Source of the DNA: an uncultured Spirochaetota bacterium
GTDB taxonomy: Bacteria > Spirochaetota > UBA4802 > UBA5550
NCBI GenBank assembly: GCA_963827275.1
Contig: CAWHAA010000007.1
Coordinates: 192,001-256,000 of the forward strand
Length of the DNA stretch: 64,000 bases
Direction of reading: 5' to 3'
The translations under genes and the position numbers were made by a program. Positions 48,015-58,851 of the stretch are shown one piece after another (the first letter of the stretch is position 1; the number at the start of each line of letters is the position of its first letter). The notes below the pieces were generated by a model, which made no database searches, was not told the DNA's origin, and saw only the letters and a program-made list of their open reading frames with translations.

Positions 48015-49409
48015 ATGAACATTCCCGTCATACTGCTGATCATGTGCGCCGCCGGCCTGGCCGTTTTGCTGGTGAATACCTTCTTTTCGTACAAGGCCTC
48101 GAAGGCGAGCAGCGAAAACATGCTGGTCCAGTTCCGGTCAGCCCTCGATTATTTTGAAAAGATAATCAAGGGCACCGAGTCAACCATCAGGAACGAAGTG
48201 TCGCAGAACAGGCTCGAATCGGGAAAACACTCCAAGGAGTCCCGCGAAGAACTGATGAACACGTTCAGGGTGTTCGGCGATTCGATGATAAAAAGCATGA
48301 ACGATTCCTTTTCCGGCAGCAAGGGACAGCTGGATTCGTTCGCCAAGCACCTGCTGAACCTGACGAACACCAACGAGCAGAAGATGGAGAGCATGCGGCG
48401 CACCATCGAGGAGAGGATCAAGCATCTCCAGGAGGACAACGCGAAAAAGCTTGACCAGATGCGGGTGACCGTGGACGAGAAACTGCAGTCGACCCTGGAG
48501 CAGAGGCTCGGGGCATCTTTCAAAATTGTAAGCGAACGGCTGGAGATGGTGTACCGGGGCCTCGGGGAGATGAAGACCCTGGCGGCCAGCGTCGGAGACC
48601 TGAAGAACGTGCTGACAAAGGTGAAGCCCCGCGGGGTATGGGGCGAGATCCAGCTCGGCATCCTCCTCGAGCAGGTGCTGGCGCCGGAGCAGTACGAGCA
48701 GAACGTGGCCACGAAAAAGCGGAGCGCGGACAAGGTCGAATTCGCCATCAGGCTGCCGGGCCGCACCGGTGACCGGGATGATATCGTCTGGCTCCCCATA
48801 GACGCGAAATTTCCCCAGGAGGATTACCAGCGCCTCGTTGAGGCCCAGGACCGGGCCAACGCCGCGATGGCCGACGAGGCGGCGAAGCGGCTGGAGACGG
48901 TGATCAAAAGCGAGGGCAGGACGATCAGGGAGAAATATATCGATCCGCCGGGGACCACGGATTTTGCTATCATGTACCTGCCCACCGAGGGGCTCTACGC
49001 CGAGGTGATACGCCGGGCGGGGCTCTGCGACGTGCTGCAGAGGGAATACCGTATCGTGGTCGCGGGCCCTACCACGCTGGCGGCCCTGCTGAACAGCCTC
49101 CAGATGGGGTTCCGGACCCTCGCCATTGAACAGCGCTCCAGCGAGGTATGGAAGCTCCTGGGAGCGGTCAAGACGGAATTCGGGAGGTTCGGCGACCTGC
49201 TTGACAAGACGCATAAAAAGCTCCTGGAGGCGAGCAACACGATCGAGTCCGCTTCGAAAAAATCGCGCACCATCGAGAAAAAGCTGAAAAAGGTGCAGGA
49301 GCTCCCCGCATCAGACGCCGCGGACATGATTGATTTCGAGGGAGACATCGAAGAGGAACCTGATGACCAGGACAGGGTTGAAGGAGACCCCGGGCCGGGA
49401 AAGAGCTGA
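48015..49409 (+). CDS. rmuC: DNA recombination protein RmuC
   Basis: N-terminal TM and coiled coil; RGVWGEIQL, LPIDAKFP, TTDFAIMYLPTEGLY and GPTTL motifs. Confidence 0.95.
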   Translation: MNIPVILLIMCAAGLAVLLVNTFFSYKASKASSENMLVQFRSALDYFEKIIKGTESTIRNEVSQNRLESGKHSKESREELMNTFRVFGDSMIKSMNDSFSGSKGQLDSFAKHLLNLTNTNEQKMESMRRTIEERIKHLQEDNAKKLDQMRVTVDEKLQSTLEQRLGASFKIVSERLEMVYRGLGEMKTLAASVGDLKNVLTKVKPRGVWGEIQLGILLEQVLAPEQYEQNVATKKRSADKVEFAIRLPGRTGDRDDIVWLPIDAKFPQEDYQRLVEAQDRANAAMADEAAKRLETVIKSEGRTIREKYIDPPGTTDFAIMYLPTEGLYAEVIRRAGLCDVLQREYRIVVAGPTTLAALLNSLQMGFRTLAIEQRSSEVWKLLGAVKTEFGRFGDLLDKTHKKLLEASNTIESASKKSRTIEKKLKKVQELPASDAADMIDFEGDIEEEPDDQDRVEGDPGPGKS

Positions 49410-49440
49410 CGGTCCGCACATGCCGGGAGGAGGTGGCCCG

Positions 49441-50214
49441 ATGAAAATCATCTTCCACGAAAAATTCTACGACTCGGATTACGCCGGGGACCCCGCCGCC
49501 GCGCCCGGACGGATGGAAGGCATCATGGAGGTCCTCTCCTCGAAGAAGGACCGGTATGAGATAATCCGCCCGGAGCCGGCTTCCGACGAGGACATCCTGC
49601 GCGCGCACAGCGCCGCGCACCTCCAGCGCATAAAGGGCAACCGGCGCCTGTACGAGCTGGCGTCGCTCTCCGCCGGCGGCGCCATACTCGCGGCGGAGCG
49701 GGCGTACGCGGGGGCCCCCTCGTTCGCGGTGATACGCCCTCCCGGCCACCACGCCTCGGCCGATTCCTGCTGGGGGTTCTGCTTTTTCAATAATATCAGC
49801 ATCAGTCTGCTCAGGTTGCGCGCCGAGGGCAGGATCGGGTCGGCCTTTGTCCTGGACTTCGACCTGCACACCGGCGACGGGAACATCAATATTCTGGAGG
49901 ACCGGAGGGACGGCTTCAGGGTGTCGATACTGAACCCGATGGCGCGCGAGCGGCGCGGGTATATCGCCGAGGTGGAGGAATTCATGCAGGGGCTCCATGA
50001 TATTGATATTGTCGTTGCCGCGGCCGGCTTCGACCAGGGCATCGACGACTGGGGCAACCTCCTGTACCCGGACGATTATGCCGAACTCGGCCGCCTGATG
50101 AAGGACCACGCCGGGCGGCTGTGCGGCGGACGCCGGTATGCCCTGCTGGAGGGCGGCTATAATCATGAGGTCATCGGCAGGAACGTGGACGCGTTCTGCG
50201 GCGGCCTTGAATGA
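49441..50214 (+). CDS. Histone deacetylase / AcuC-like Zn deacylase
   Basis: RPPGHHA, GFCFFNN, DFDLHTGDG, AGFD and LEGGY motifs. Confidence 0.9.
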   Translation: MKIIFHEKFYDSDYAGDPAAAPGRMEGIMEVLSSKKDRYEIIRPEPASDEDILRAHSAAHLQRIKGNRRLYELASLSAGGAILAAERAYAGAPSFAVIRPPGHHASADSCWGFCFFNNISISLLRLRAEGRIGSAFVLDFDLHTGDGNINILEDRRDGFRVSILNPMARERRGYIAEVEEFMQGLHDIDIVVAAAGFDQGIDDWGNLLYPDDYAELGRLMKDHAGRLCGGRRYALLEGGYNHEVIGRNVDAFCGGLE

Positions 50215-50337
50215 CCGGCCGCCCGGCCGATTATAGTCATTGACAAAAAATCGTCACCCGGGCAAATTAATACCTGACCGCCGGGCGCACCCGCGCCGGT
50301 CCTGTTCACAGAAATGATCACCAGAGGAGGGGGCACG

Positions 50338-50811
50338 ATGGCCTTTGATTTTAACGCTGATGATATCTTCAAAATGGCTGAACAAATTGAAGAAAACGGC
50401 GCCGAGTTTTACCGGAACGCTGCTGAAACAATCGCCGACGCTCACTATAAAAAGCTCCTGACCCAGCTTTCTGCCATGGAAGTGGAACATAAAAAGACCT
50501 TCACGGCCATGAGGGCGGCGCTCTCCGGTAAGGAAAAAGAAGCGACCGTATTCGACCCGATGGATGAATCCGTCCAGTACCTCAAGGCGCTTGCGGACCT
50601 GCGCGTGTTCTATGAAAAGCAGATCGACATCTCCTCGATCAAGGGAGTCCTGATGAGCGCCCTCGGCGCGGAGAAGGATTCAATCGTGTTCTATCTCGGG
50701 ATGAAGGACCTGGTGCCGGACAGGCTCGGGAAGGATAAAATAGACGCAATCATCGATGAAGAGAAAAAACATATCAGGGTGATCGGCGGTGAGCTCCTGG
50801 CTTTAAAGTAA
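50338..50811 (+). CDS. Ferritin-like / rubrerythrin-family di-iron protein
   Basis: [26 protein letters not shown] and EEKKH motifs. Confidence 0.9.
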   Translation: MAFDFNADDIFKMAEQIEENGAEFYRNAAETIADAHYKKLLTQLSAMEVEHKKTFTAMRAALSGKEKEATVFDPMDESVQYLKALADLRVFYEKQIDISSIKGVLMSALGAEKDSIVFYLGMKDLVPDRLGKDKIDAIIDEEKKHIRVIGGELLALK

Positions 50812-50845
50812 TGACCTGCGGCGTCCCGATCACCGGGGAGGTGGC

Positions 50846-51043
50846 ATGAAAAAGGAAAAGAAAAAGCCTGAAACCTGGTGGAAATGCTCGCAGTGCGGCT
50901 ATACCGTGAAGAAGGCGCAGCCGCCGGAGAAGTGCCCTTCGTGCAATGAACCCTGCGCTTTCACAGATGTTACCTGCTATACGCCGGAATGCGGGGGACC
51001 GGGGAACATCGATCCGTCATTGATGGGCGGCGGCAAGAGGTAG
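50846..51043 (+). CDS. Small rubredoxin-like (RCKP-type) protein
   Basis: WKCSQCGY...PPEKCPSC...[26 protein letters not shown]. Confidence 0.85.
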   Translation: MKKEKKKPETWWKCSQCGYTVKKAQPPEKCPSCNEPCAFTDVTCYTPECGGPGNIDPSLMGGGKR

Positions 51044-51078
51044 GCGTTCCTGCCGGGCCATGTCCGGCCTTCATTTCA

Positions 51079-53028
51079 TTATTTTACTTCGAAACCGATG
51101 ACAAGGGTGTCGTCCGTGATGTCCGCGCCGTCCCTGAATTCGACTATCTTCTTCATGATAGTGTTGAGCTTTTCGCCGAGTGATTCGCCCGCGTTTGTCC
51201 TGAACAGCTCGAGCAGCGCGTCATCATAGCCGAGCATGTCTTTCTGCCTGTTGGCCGTTTCGGGAATCCCGTCCGTATAGAGATACATCCTGTCCCCCGG
51301 GGAAAGCCGTATCGTCGTTGAGTCGAACGCGATGTCGTCGCTGATGCCGATCAGCGTGCTCTTTCCCATGTGGAGCGCAATATCGCCTTGTCTCCTCGCC
51401 ACGATCGGGCCGGGGTGGCCGCCGTTGGTATAGGAAAAGACGAACTCCCCCGACTTCTTCTGCCGCGAGAACAGTCCGTATATGCCGGTGATGAAATATG
51501 ACGACATGCGCCCGTATAGCTCCGCGTTCAGCTGCGTGATGAAGCGCACCGGGCTCTGCCCATACTTGACCGACAGCCTGTCCGTTATCGATTTCAGAAG
51601 CGACAGGTAGAGCGAAGAGGCGACGCCATGGCCCGATACGTCGCAGATAAAGATGCCGAAGGAGTCTTTGAGGAACGGGTAGAAACAGAAAAAGTCCCCG
51701 CCCAGCTTCTCCATCGGGTTATACCGGAAATCGATGGCCATGGCATCAAGCCTGGGCACCTGCTGGTTCATGATGTCGCGCAGGGTTATCTGCGCCACCT
51801 TGAGGTCGCGCTCGATATCCTTGTTCCGCTTGCTGATGATCCTGTGCTTTTCCTGGAGGGCGTAATCGACCTTCTTGCGCAGCGTGATATCGACAAAGGA
51901 AAGGATGATCCCTATGTTGTCCTGCTTTTCGTTTTTAATCATCGAGGCGGAGAGAATGGTGTAGATGCTCGACCCGTCGGTCCTTTTCAGGTAGAGCTCG
52001 CCGACCCAGCTGCCGATCTCTTCGAGGACCTCGAAGACGTTCAGCAGGTCTTCATGGGTATCCGGGTGGCAGCACTGTAGAATCGTTTTCCCGAGCAGCT
52101 GATCGGCATCGGCAAAGCCCCACATCGTAAGAAAGGAGTTGTTGACAAACGAAAAGCCGCCGCCGGGCTCAGTGATGGCAATGGCGTTCATCGACTTTTC
52201 AATGGCATAGCTTTTTATCAGGATCTCCCGCTCTGCTTTCTTTTTTTCGGTGACGTCCCTGGCAACGCCGTTAAAGCCGGTGACGGCCCCGCTTTCGTCG
52301 CGGAGGAGCCCCGCGGACACCTCCAGGATGGCGATGCTGCCGTCGCCCCTGATGATCTCGCAGTCAAAGAAATCCGAGGCTTTGCCCGAGCGGTATATGT
52401 CCTTGAATATTTCGTTTTTCTTCTTGTCGGTCCGGATGGTCATGTATTCGCGGCTGTTCATGCCCGGAAGCTTATCGCGCGGGATGCGCATGATCCTGAC
52501 CACCGATTCGTTGAAAAACACGAGGTTGCCGTCGAGGTCGGTCTCGAAATACCCCTCTTCCATGTTCTCAATGATGTTCCGGTATTTATTATCTCCCGCT
52601 TCGGAACGGCTTTTTGTCGCCTGCAGCTCGTCAAAGAGCCTCTTCATGCGCAGCGACGCATTAATGCGTGACACTATCTCCGCGTCGTTGACCGGCTTGG
52701 TGATATAATCGGTCGCGTAATGTTCCAGCGCATTCAGCTTGCCCGGTGTATCAGGCTGCACGGCGGTGATGAAAATTATCGGGATGTGGCGCGACGCGGG
52801 ATCGCTCCGCATCAGCCGTGCCGCTTCATAGCCGTCCATATCCGGCATCACGACATCAAGCAGCACAAGGTCGGGGCGCTCGGTGTTAAATAGCTCGACG
52901 CCCTCCCTGCCGTTGTTCGCTGTAATTACGGAGAATCCGGCTGAAGTGAGGTGGGAGCGATAGTAATCGGTATTGAGGGCCTGGTCGTCTACGACCAGTA
53001 TCCTCTCTGTTGCAGGTACGCCGCTCAT
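51079..53028 (-). CDS. Response regulator REC-PAS-PAS-SpoIIE (PP2C) phosphatase
   Basis: ILVVDD, LLDVVMP and ITKP; two PAS/PAC; GGDFF, DVSGHG, YTDG and DDT. Confidence 0.92.
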   Translation of the reverse strand: MSGVPATERILVVDDQALNTDYYRSHLTSAGFSVITANNGREGVELFNTERPDLVLLDVVMPDMDGYEAARLMRSDPASRHIPIIFITAVQPDTPGKLNALEHYATDYITKPVNDAEIVSRINASLRMKRLFDELQATKSRSEAGDNKYRNIIENMEEGYFETDLDGNLVFFNESVVRIMRIPRDKLPGMNSREYMTIRTDKKKNEIFKDIYRSGKASDFFDCEIIRGDGSIAILEVSAGLLRDESGAVTGFNGVARDVTEKKKAEREILIKSYAIEKSMNAIAITEPGGGFSFVNNSFLTMWGFADADQLLGKTILQCCHPDTHEDLLNVFEVLEEIGSWVGELYLKRTDGSSIYTILSASMIKNEKQDNIGIILSFVDITLRKKVDYALQEKHRIISKRNKDIERDLKVAQITLRDIMNQQVPRLDAMAIDFRYNPMEKLGGDFFCFYPFLKDSFGIFICDVSGHGVASSLYLSLLKSITDRLSVKYGQSPVRFITQLNAELYGRMSSYFITGIYGLFSRQKKSGEFVFSYTNGGHPGPIVARRQGDIALHMGKSTLIGISDDIAFDSTTIRLSPGDRMYLYTDGIPETANRQKDMLGYDDALLELFRTNAGESLGEKLNTIMKKIVEFRDGADITDDTLVIGFEVK

Positions 53029-53448
53029 AGTCCTCCTTCCGACACAAAAAACGATTTTTTTGAAGGAAGCGACATGCGACTATGTCAAAAAAGAGCAAAA
53101 TACGACTCTCCCGCGTAGCATGCGCGATTTTTTGCATGGGTATGCGGCATGTATAGTCAAGCGCCGTGCGCTTTTTTCTTCATATCGCGGATCAGGATAA
53201 ATGTGTGATTAATAGTAAGATATAAAGAACCTTCTGTCAAGTCAATTTACAGCAACGGCAATTTGAAAATTTTATCGCAGAGGCTGAATGCGGAGTCATT
53301 TAATAAGCATGCTTTCGGACGCTGTTTCAGCCGTTTTCGCGATAAAAGGTACTGAAAATCCCTGCCCGGAAATGCCGGTAAAATAATTGACAAACCGGAA
53401 TTTTGATGATAATCGATACGCGAAGCCGCAAAAAAGGGGTTGCAGGCG

Positions 53449-54147
53449 ATGCGCATACAAAAAAACGAGCTGTTTAACTCGATAACGCATCTCATCGGTC
53501 TCATCGGCGGTATATTAATGACCGCGGTTTTCTTCATTTCTTCGATCGATGTGGATGCATTCCTTGCGGTCGCGGTAAGCATTACCGGGATCTCGTATGT
53601 ATTCCTGTATGCCTCGAGCTTCATGCATCACGCGAACAAGCTATCCGAAACGGATAAGAGCCTCTGGCTGAAGCTGGACCATTGCGCCATCTTCATGATG
53701 ATGGCCGGGTCCTATGTGGGGCCCCTGTACATCTTCGCCCATGGCGGGATCCGCTGGGGTGTCCTGGCCGCGGTGTGGTTGTTCGCCCTTTCGGGGATGG
53801 CGGTGAAGCTGCGGTACCTGGTTATGCCGAACTGGGCAAACGTGGCGATCTACGCGCCCCTGTGCGCCATCGCGTTCGTGCCGATGTATCTGCTGTGGGA
53901 TACTGTCGACGCGATACCCGAGCAGGCGGTCCCGATCTCGGTGATGAAAATGATGCTGGTTGCCGGGCTGGCCATGTACGGCGTCGGCGGGTTGATTTAC
54001 GCGCTGAAGCGGCCCGATCCGAAGCCGGGGCTTGTCGGGTTCCACGGGATTTTTCACCTCTTTGTCCTGGCCGGCTCCGGGCTCCATGCGGCGGCGCTCT
54101 ATTACTCTATCGTGGCGTATCCAGTCATACGGGACTACCTGCCATGA
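53449..54147 (+). CDS. Hemolysin III / PAQR family membrane protein
   Basis: ELFNSITH, SSFMHH, KLDHCAIF and FHGIFHLFVLAG motifs. Confidence 0.9.
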   Translation: MRIQKNELFNSITHLIGLIGGILMTAVFFISSIDVDAFLAVAVSITGISYVFLYASSFMHHANKLSETDKSLWLKLDHCAIFMMMAGSYVGPLYIFAHGGIRWGVLAAVWLFALSGMAVKLRYLVMPNWANVAIYAPLCAIAFVPMYLLWDTVDAIPEQAVPISVMKMMLVAGLAMYGVGGLIYALKRPDPKPGLVGFHGIFHLFVLAGSGLHAAALYYSIVAYPVIRDYLP

Positions 54148-54740
54148 CCAGCTTTTTTGTGAACACCTTCATCAAGTTCTTTTTCCTCCTCACGCCGTTT
54201 TTCCTTCTCTCCACATTTCTCTCCATGACGAAAGAGATGGACGGCCCCAAAAAAAGAAAGATAGCGCTCAAGACCACCGCCTCGGTCGTTATCGTGTGCA
54301 TTATCCTGTTCCTGATCGGGAACCAGATATTTGCCCTCTTCGGTATCACCCTTGATTCCTTCCGCATCGGGACCGGCATACTTCTCTTCTTCTCGGCGCT
54401 CTTGCTTGTCAGGGGACCCAAGAGCGAGCAGGAGCAGGACGGATCGGACGACATTGCCGTCGTCCCGCTCGCCATACCGGTTGCCGTCGGGCCGGCGACC
54501 ACCGGTGCCCTGCTCGTCATGGGGGGCGAGCTATCAGGGATGGCGGAGCGGATGGTCGGCATTGCCGCCATTATCGCCGCCGTGCTGTGCGTCGGGCTGT
54601 TCCTCTATCTTAGCGGCGTGATTGAACGGGTGGTGAAAAAACAGGGCCTGTCGATCCTGAGCAAAATCACCGGGCTCATCCTGGCCGCGCTGGCGGCGCA
54701 GATGATCATGACCGGCGTCCTGGGTTTTCTGGGACGGTGA
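54144..54740 (+). CDS. marC: MarC family membrane protein
   Basis: FGITLDSFRIGTG, AVVPLAIPVAVGPAT and SKITGLILAALA motifs; ATGA overlap with the upstream gene. Confidence 0.9.
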   Translation: MTSFFVNTFIKFFFLLTPFFLLSTFLSMTKEMDGPKKRKIALKTTASVVIVCIILFLIGNQIFALFGITLDSFRIGTGILLFFSALLLVRGPKSEQEQDGSDDIAVVPLAIPVAVGPATTGALLVMGGELSGMAERMVGIAAIIAAVLCVGLFLYLSGVIERVVKKQGLSILSKITGLILAALAAQMIMTGVLGFLGR

Positions 54741-54787
54741 CCGGGTGCGGCAGCGGGGGGGCACCCGGAGGGGCCCCCCGGACGGTA

Positions 54788-55786
54788 CTACCTGGTATAT
54801 TTTGCCACAATGCTTTCAAACGAATCGTTTGTCGCTCCGCAGTCGGTCACGACCATGTCTGTCAGCTCGGCTATCAGCTTCTTGTCTTTTTTGAGTTTTT
54901 CAACAAGCTTCTTGTCCTGCATTGTCTTTTCCGCGTATTTTATGAAAATATCAATGGTGGCTTTCTCCACGCTGGCGTACATCCCGCCGCTCTTCATGAT
55001 GCTGCCGATCCCGTTCCTGTCCGCCGCGATGACCGCCGCCATGGCTGCCGGGTTCTTGCTGAATTTTGAAAGGCGGGCGGTGAGGATCCTTTTTACGACA
55101 GGCTCGCTGGCGACACGGCGGTTGATCTGCCTTTCTTCTTCGCTGCCTTTCGCAGCGGCGGCATACTTTTTGTTGGACATCATCTTCTTCAGGGACTTCA
55201 GCGAATCATAGGGATAGGTCTTCATGACGCCGTAGGCGACCCTCTTGGGGATGCTGCCGGCAGGATCGACCTTGAGCTTGTAGATGAACTTCGTCTTGTT
55301 CCTGCCGAGGTATTCCATGGCGAACGAGCCGTCCATTATCGTCACCCTGGTGCGCTTCTTCTCGAGGGGGATCTTTATCTCGTCGGTGCAGTTAAATGTG
55401 ATCAGCGCCTTGCCGCCGTCATAGTCGTACATGGTCTTGTTTTTCAGAATAATGTCCCTCTCTTCGATGACGGGCGGTTTCAGCACCATGTACATGAGAA
55501 AGCTGTTCCTGTCGTATTTTTTTTCGATTTGTGCGCCGTAGCAGTCGGTCAGCCATTTGTTGAACGACGGGACGTCGCGCAGTACTTCCCCGATCACCTC
55601 CATCTTCTCATCGATGGGGCCGACCGCCATGTATTCCATAAGGTCGGTTCCGGCAACGGCGCGTTCGTACAGCTTGACGCCTCCGCTGTCCTTGATCTTT
55701 TTCCACCCGCCGGCCGCATTGACCGGCAGCAGTGACAGTGTTATGCCGATTACCGTAATAATTGCAGTATAGACGCATTTCTTCAT
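54788..55786 (-). CDS. Exported START/SRPBCC lipid-binding domain protein
   Basis: Signal peptide; WKKIKDSGGVKLYER, KPPVIEERD and VDPAGSIP motifs. Confidence 0.8.
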   Translation of the reverse strand: MKKCVYTAIITVIGITLSLLPVNAAGGWKKIKDSGGVKLYERAVAGTDLMEYMAVGPIDEKMEVIGEVLRDVPSFNKWLTDCYGAQIEKKYDRNSFLMYMVLKPPVIEERDIILKNKTMYDYDGGKALITFNCTDEIKIPLEKKRTRVTIMDGSFAMEYLGRNKTKFIYKLKVDPAGSIPKRVAYGVMKTYPYDSLKSLKKMMSNKKYAAAAKGSEEERQINRRVASEPVVKRILTARLSKFSKNPAAMAAVIAADRNGIGSIMKSGGMYASVEKATIDIFIKYAEKTMQDKKLVEKLKKDKKLIAELTDMVVTDCGATNDSFESIVAKYTR

Positions 55787-56041
55787 TCTGTACCCCCTTG
55801 TATGCTTTTTGCTTTAATAATAGAAGGGCGTACAATATAATTATGTCAATATAAAAACCGTCCAATGGGATTTTTTTATTACAGTCGTTCAAAATAATAG
55901 TGATATAATGACATTACCGACGATTCCACTCTCCAATTACAGGCTCATGCCGGGAACGGGCAATCGGTGTGATGCAATAAATCTATTGTATTATTAACGG
56001 TCATGCCGCGTTATGACCGCATAGTAGATCAAGGAGCAATT

Positions 56042-57658
56042 ATGCTGTTGGAAAAGTTTAAGGCCCTCGGCCTGTCGGATATCACCCTGAATGAGATTGA
56101 AAAAAAGGGATTTGAAGAGCCGACAGAGATCCAGGAAAAAACGATCGCCATCTTTCTCAACGAAGATGTCGATATCATCGGTCAGGCGCAGACCGGGACC
56201 GGAAAGACCGCGGCGTTCGGACTGCCGCTGCTCGAGGTGATGCGTGAAAACGCGGGCGTCATCCAGGCGCTGGTGCTGGTGCCGACGCGCGAGCTCGCGA
56301 TCCAGGTCTCCGAGGAGATCAATTCATTCAAGGGGAGCCGGAAATTCCAGATCATGCCCGTGTACGGGGGGCAATCCATCTCCGACCAGCTCCACCGCCT
56401 CGCCAAGGGGGTGGATGTGGTGGTCGGCACGCCGGGCCGTGTCTTTGACCATATCAGGAGAAAAAGCATCTCGCTTGACGGGGTGTCATACGTTGTCCTC
56501 GACGAGGCCGACGAGATGCTGAACATGGGGTTTATCGAGGAGGTGGAAGAGATCCTCAAGCATACGAACCCCGCCCGGAGGACCCTTCTTTTTTCCGCCA
56601 CCATGCCCGGGCGCGTCATGGCGATCGCGAAGCAGTACATGCGCAAGTACCGGGTGGTCGCGATGAAAAAAGGGCAGCTCACCGTGGACCTGACGGACCA
56701 GATATACTTCGAGGTCGCTCCGTCTGACCGGCTCGAGTCCCTCTGCAGGATTATCGACGTCCAGAAGGATTTCTTCGGCCTGGTCTTCTGCAGGACGAAG
56801 GTGGCGGTGGACGAGCTGGCGGGAAGGCTCGTCGACCGCGGGTATGACGCGGACGGGATCCACAGCGACCTGTCGCAGTCCCAGCGGGAGCGGATACTCG
56901 ACAAGTTCAAAAAGCGGCAGATAAAGGTGCTTGTCGCCACGGACGTGGCGGCGCGGGGCATCGATGTCATCGACCTTACCCATGTCATTAATTATTCCCT
57001 TCCCCAGGACGCGGACTCGTATATCCACCGCATCGGCAGGACGGGCAGGGCGGGCAAGAAGGGGATCGCGGTCACCTTCATCAGCCCGGACGAATACAGG
57101 AAGCTCATGTACATAACGAAGGTCACGAAAACGGCGATACGCAAGGAGAAGGTGCCGCGCGCGTCGGATATCGTGTCGATCAAACGGGAGAGGATCAGGG
57201 CGGAGCTGGATGAAATGATACATGACATGGCGCACGAGGAGTATATAAAGACCGCCCTGCTGATGCTCAGGGAGAATGATCCGACCGATGTCGTCGCCGC
57301 CCTCCTGAAATATACCCTGGATGACGAATTGAGTGAAAAGAAATATACCGACATACGGGAGTTCAACGAGGTTTCGGTTGACAAACAGGGGACGGCACGG
57401 CTTTTTATATCACTCGGGAAGAAGGACGGGCTGACCCCCAGGAAACTGATAAAACTTATCAACAACCAGGCGAAGGTGCCGGCAGGGAAGGTAACGGAGA
57501 TAAAGGTGATGGACTCTTTTTCGTTTCTTACGGTCCCCTTTAAAGAAGCCGAGGTGATATTAAAGGAGTTCAAGGACCGCAAGGGAGAATCCCGTCCGAT
57601 CGTTAAACGCGCCGATATCACTGAAAAGAAAAAGAAAAAAAAGAAGAAGAAAAAATAA
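56042..57658 (+). CDS. deaD: DEAD-box RNA helicase (DeaD/CsdA type) with DbpA RNA-binding domain
   Basis: Q motif GFEEPTEIQ, AQTGTGKT, PTRELA, DEAD, SAT, ARGID and HRIGRTGRAG; RLFISLGKKDG. Confidence 0.92.
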   Translation: MLLEKFKALGLSDITLNEIEKKGFEEPTEIQEKTIAIFLNEDVDIIGQAQTGTGKTAAFGLPLLEVMRENAGVIQALVLVPTRELAIQVSEEINSFKGSRKFQIMPVYGGQSISDQLHRLAKGVDVVVGTPGRVFDHIRRKSISLDGVSYVVLDEADEMLNMGFIEEVEEILKHTNPARRTLLFSATMPGRVMAIAKQYMRKYRVVAMKKGQLTVDLTDQIYFEVAPSDRLESLCRIIDVQKDFFGLVFCRTKVAVDELAGRLVDRGYDADGIHSDLSQSQRERILDKFKKRQIKVLVATDVAARGIDVIDLTHVINYSLPQDADSYIHRIGRTGRAGKKGIAVTFISPDEYRKLMYITKVTKTAIRKEKVPRASDIVSIKRERIRAELDEMIHDMAHEEYIKTALLMLRENDPTDVVAALLKYTLDDELSEKKYTDIREFNEVSVDKQGTARLFISLGKKDGLTPRKLIKLINNQAKVPAGKVTEIKVMDSFSFLTVPFKEAEVILKEFKDRKGESRPIVKRADITEKKKKKKKKKK

Positions 57659-57797
57659 TATATGGAGCTGGTAACGGTACCCGCGGAGGAAGATAAATTG
57701 TAGTTGCGGGGATAACGGCTTTCATTTTCATTGATCAAAAGGAGAGGCGCGGGGTGGCGCGGTTTACAGGATAACGAAAGAACAGGAGGCACTATCA

Positions 57798-58304
57798 ATG
57801 AGCTCATTAACGGCAACCATTAAAACGAGCAAAGGCGACATCAAGCTTGAGCTGTATGCGGATAAAACGCCGCTCACGGTGGCGAATTTTGTCAATCTCG
57901 CAACGAAGGGATTTTATAACGGCCTGAAATTCCACCGGGTCATTGAGAATTTCATGATACAGGGCGGATGCCCGCTCGGTACCGGCACCGGCGGACCGGG
58001 GTATTCATTTAAAGATGAATGTACGCCCGAATTGAAGCACGACAGGCCCGGTATTCTTTCCATGGCGAATGCCGGCCCGAACACGAACGGGAGCCAGTTT
58101 TTTATCACCCATGTGCCGACCGCCTGGCTGAACGGCAAGCACACGGTGTTCGGGGCGGTCATGGGCGCCGAGGACCAGAAGACCGTAAACTCCATACAAC
58201 AGGGAGACAAGATCGAATCCGTCACGATTGACGGCGATACCGCGTCACTGTTCGCGGCCGCGGCTGACAAGCTGAAAGAGTGGAACGCCATACTGAAAAA
58301 GTGA
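57798..58304 (+). CDS. Cyclophilin-type peptidyl-prolyl isomerase
   Basis: [32 protein letters not shown] and HTVFG motifs. Confidence 0.96.
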   Translation: MSSLTATIKTSKGDIKLELYADKTPLTVANFVNLATKGFYNGLKFHRVIENFMIQGGCPLGTGTGGPGYSFKDECTPELKHDRPGILSMANAGPNTNGSQFFITHVPTAWLNGKHTVFGAVMGAEDQKTVNSIQQGDKIESVTIDGDTASLFAAAADKLKEWNAILKK

Positions 58305-58371
58305 CCGCACCGTGTGCGGGCGCGCGCCGCGGCCCGGTGTGCGCCTGCCCGGGGCAGGGCGGGAAGAAGTC

Positions 58372-58701
58372 ATGTCGGATAAAATAGTATACTCAACAGA
58401 TTCGGGCGATCTTCGGAAAAACCGCGCCAGCGGCGCCAGGCCCGCGGCGCGCCCCGGTGACGGTATTGTCCGGGTGCAGCGGGAGAGCAAGGGCAGGGGT
58501 GGAAAGACCGTGTCGGTTATACGGGGCCTGAACCTGCCCGGCGACCGCCTGTCCCTCCTTGCCGCGCGGTTAAAGCAGCAGTGCGGCGCTGGCGGTACCG
58601 TGAAAGACGGTGAAATAATCATCCAGGGCGACAAGGTGGATTTTATCGTAAAGACCCTCCAGAAGGACGGGTTCATCGTCAAGGTGTCCGGCAGGTCCTG
58701 A
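58372..58701 (+). CDS. yciH: SUI1/YciH translation initiation factor-like protein
   Basis: VYSTD, RESKGRGGKTV, LKQQCGAGGTVKDG and IQGD motifs. Confidence 0.92.
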   Translation: MSDKIVYSTDSGDLRKNRASGARPAARPGDGIVRVQRESKGRGGKTVSVIRGLNLPGDRLSLLAARLKQQCGAGGTVKDGEIIIQGDKVDFIVKTLQKDGFIVKVSGRS

Positions 58702-58851
58702 CAGTCAGTTTACAAGCGCAACACAAACCAAAAAGTATCCCCATTTTTTTAATTGTTGACATTGTTTCAATTTTGTTAAGATTATTGCATATGTCCTGAT
58801 CGTGCTCGTCTGGCCGGGAGGATGACGATTCAAATGCCGGGGTAATCGCCT

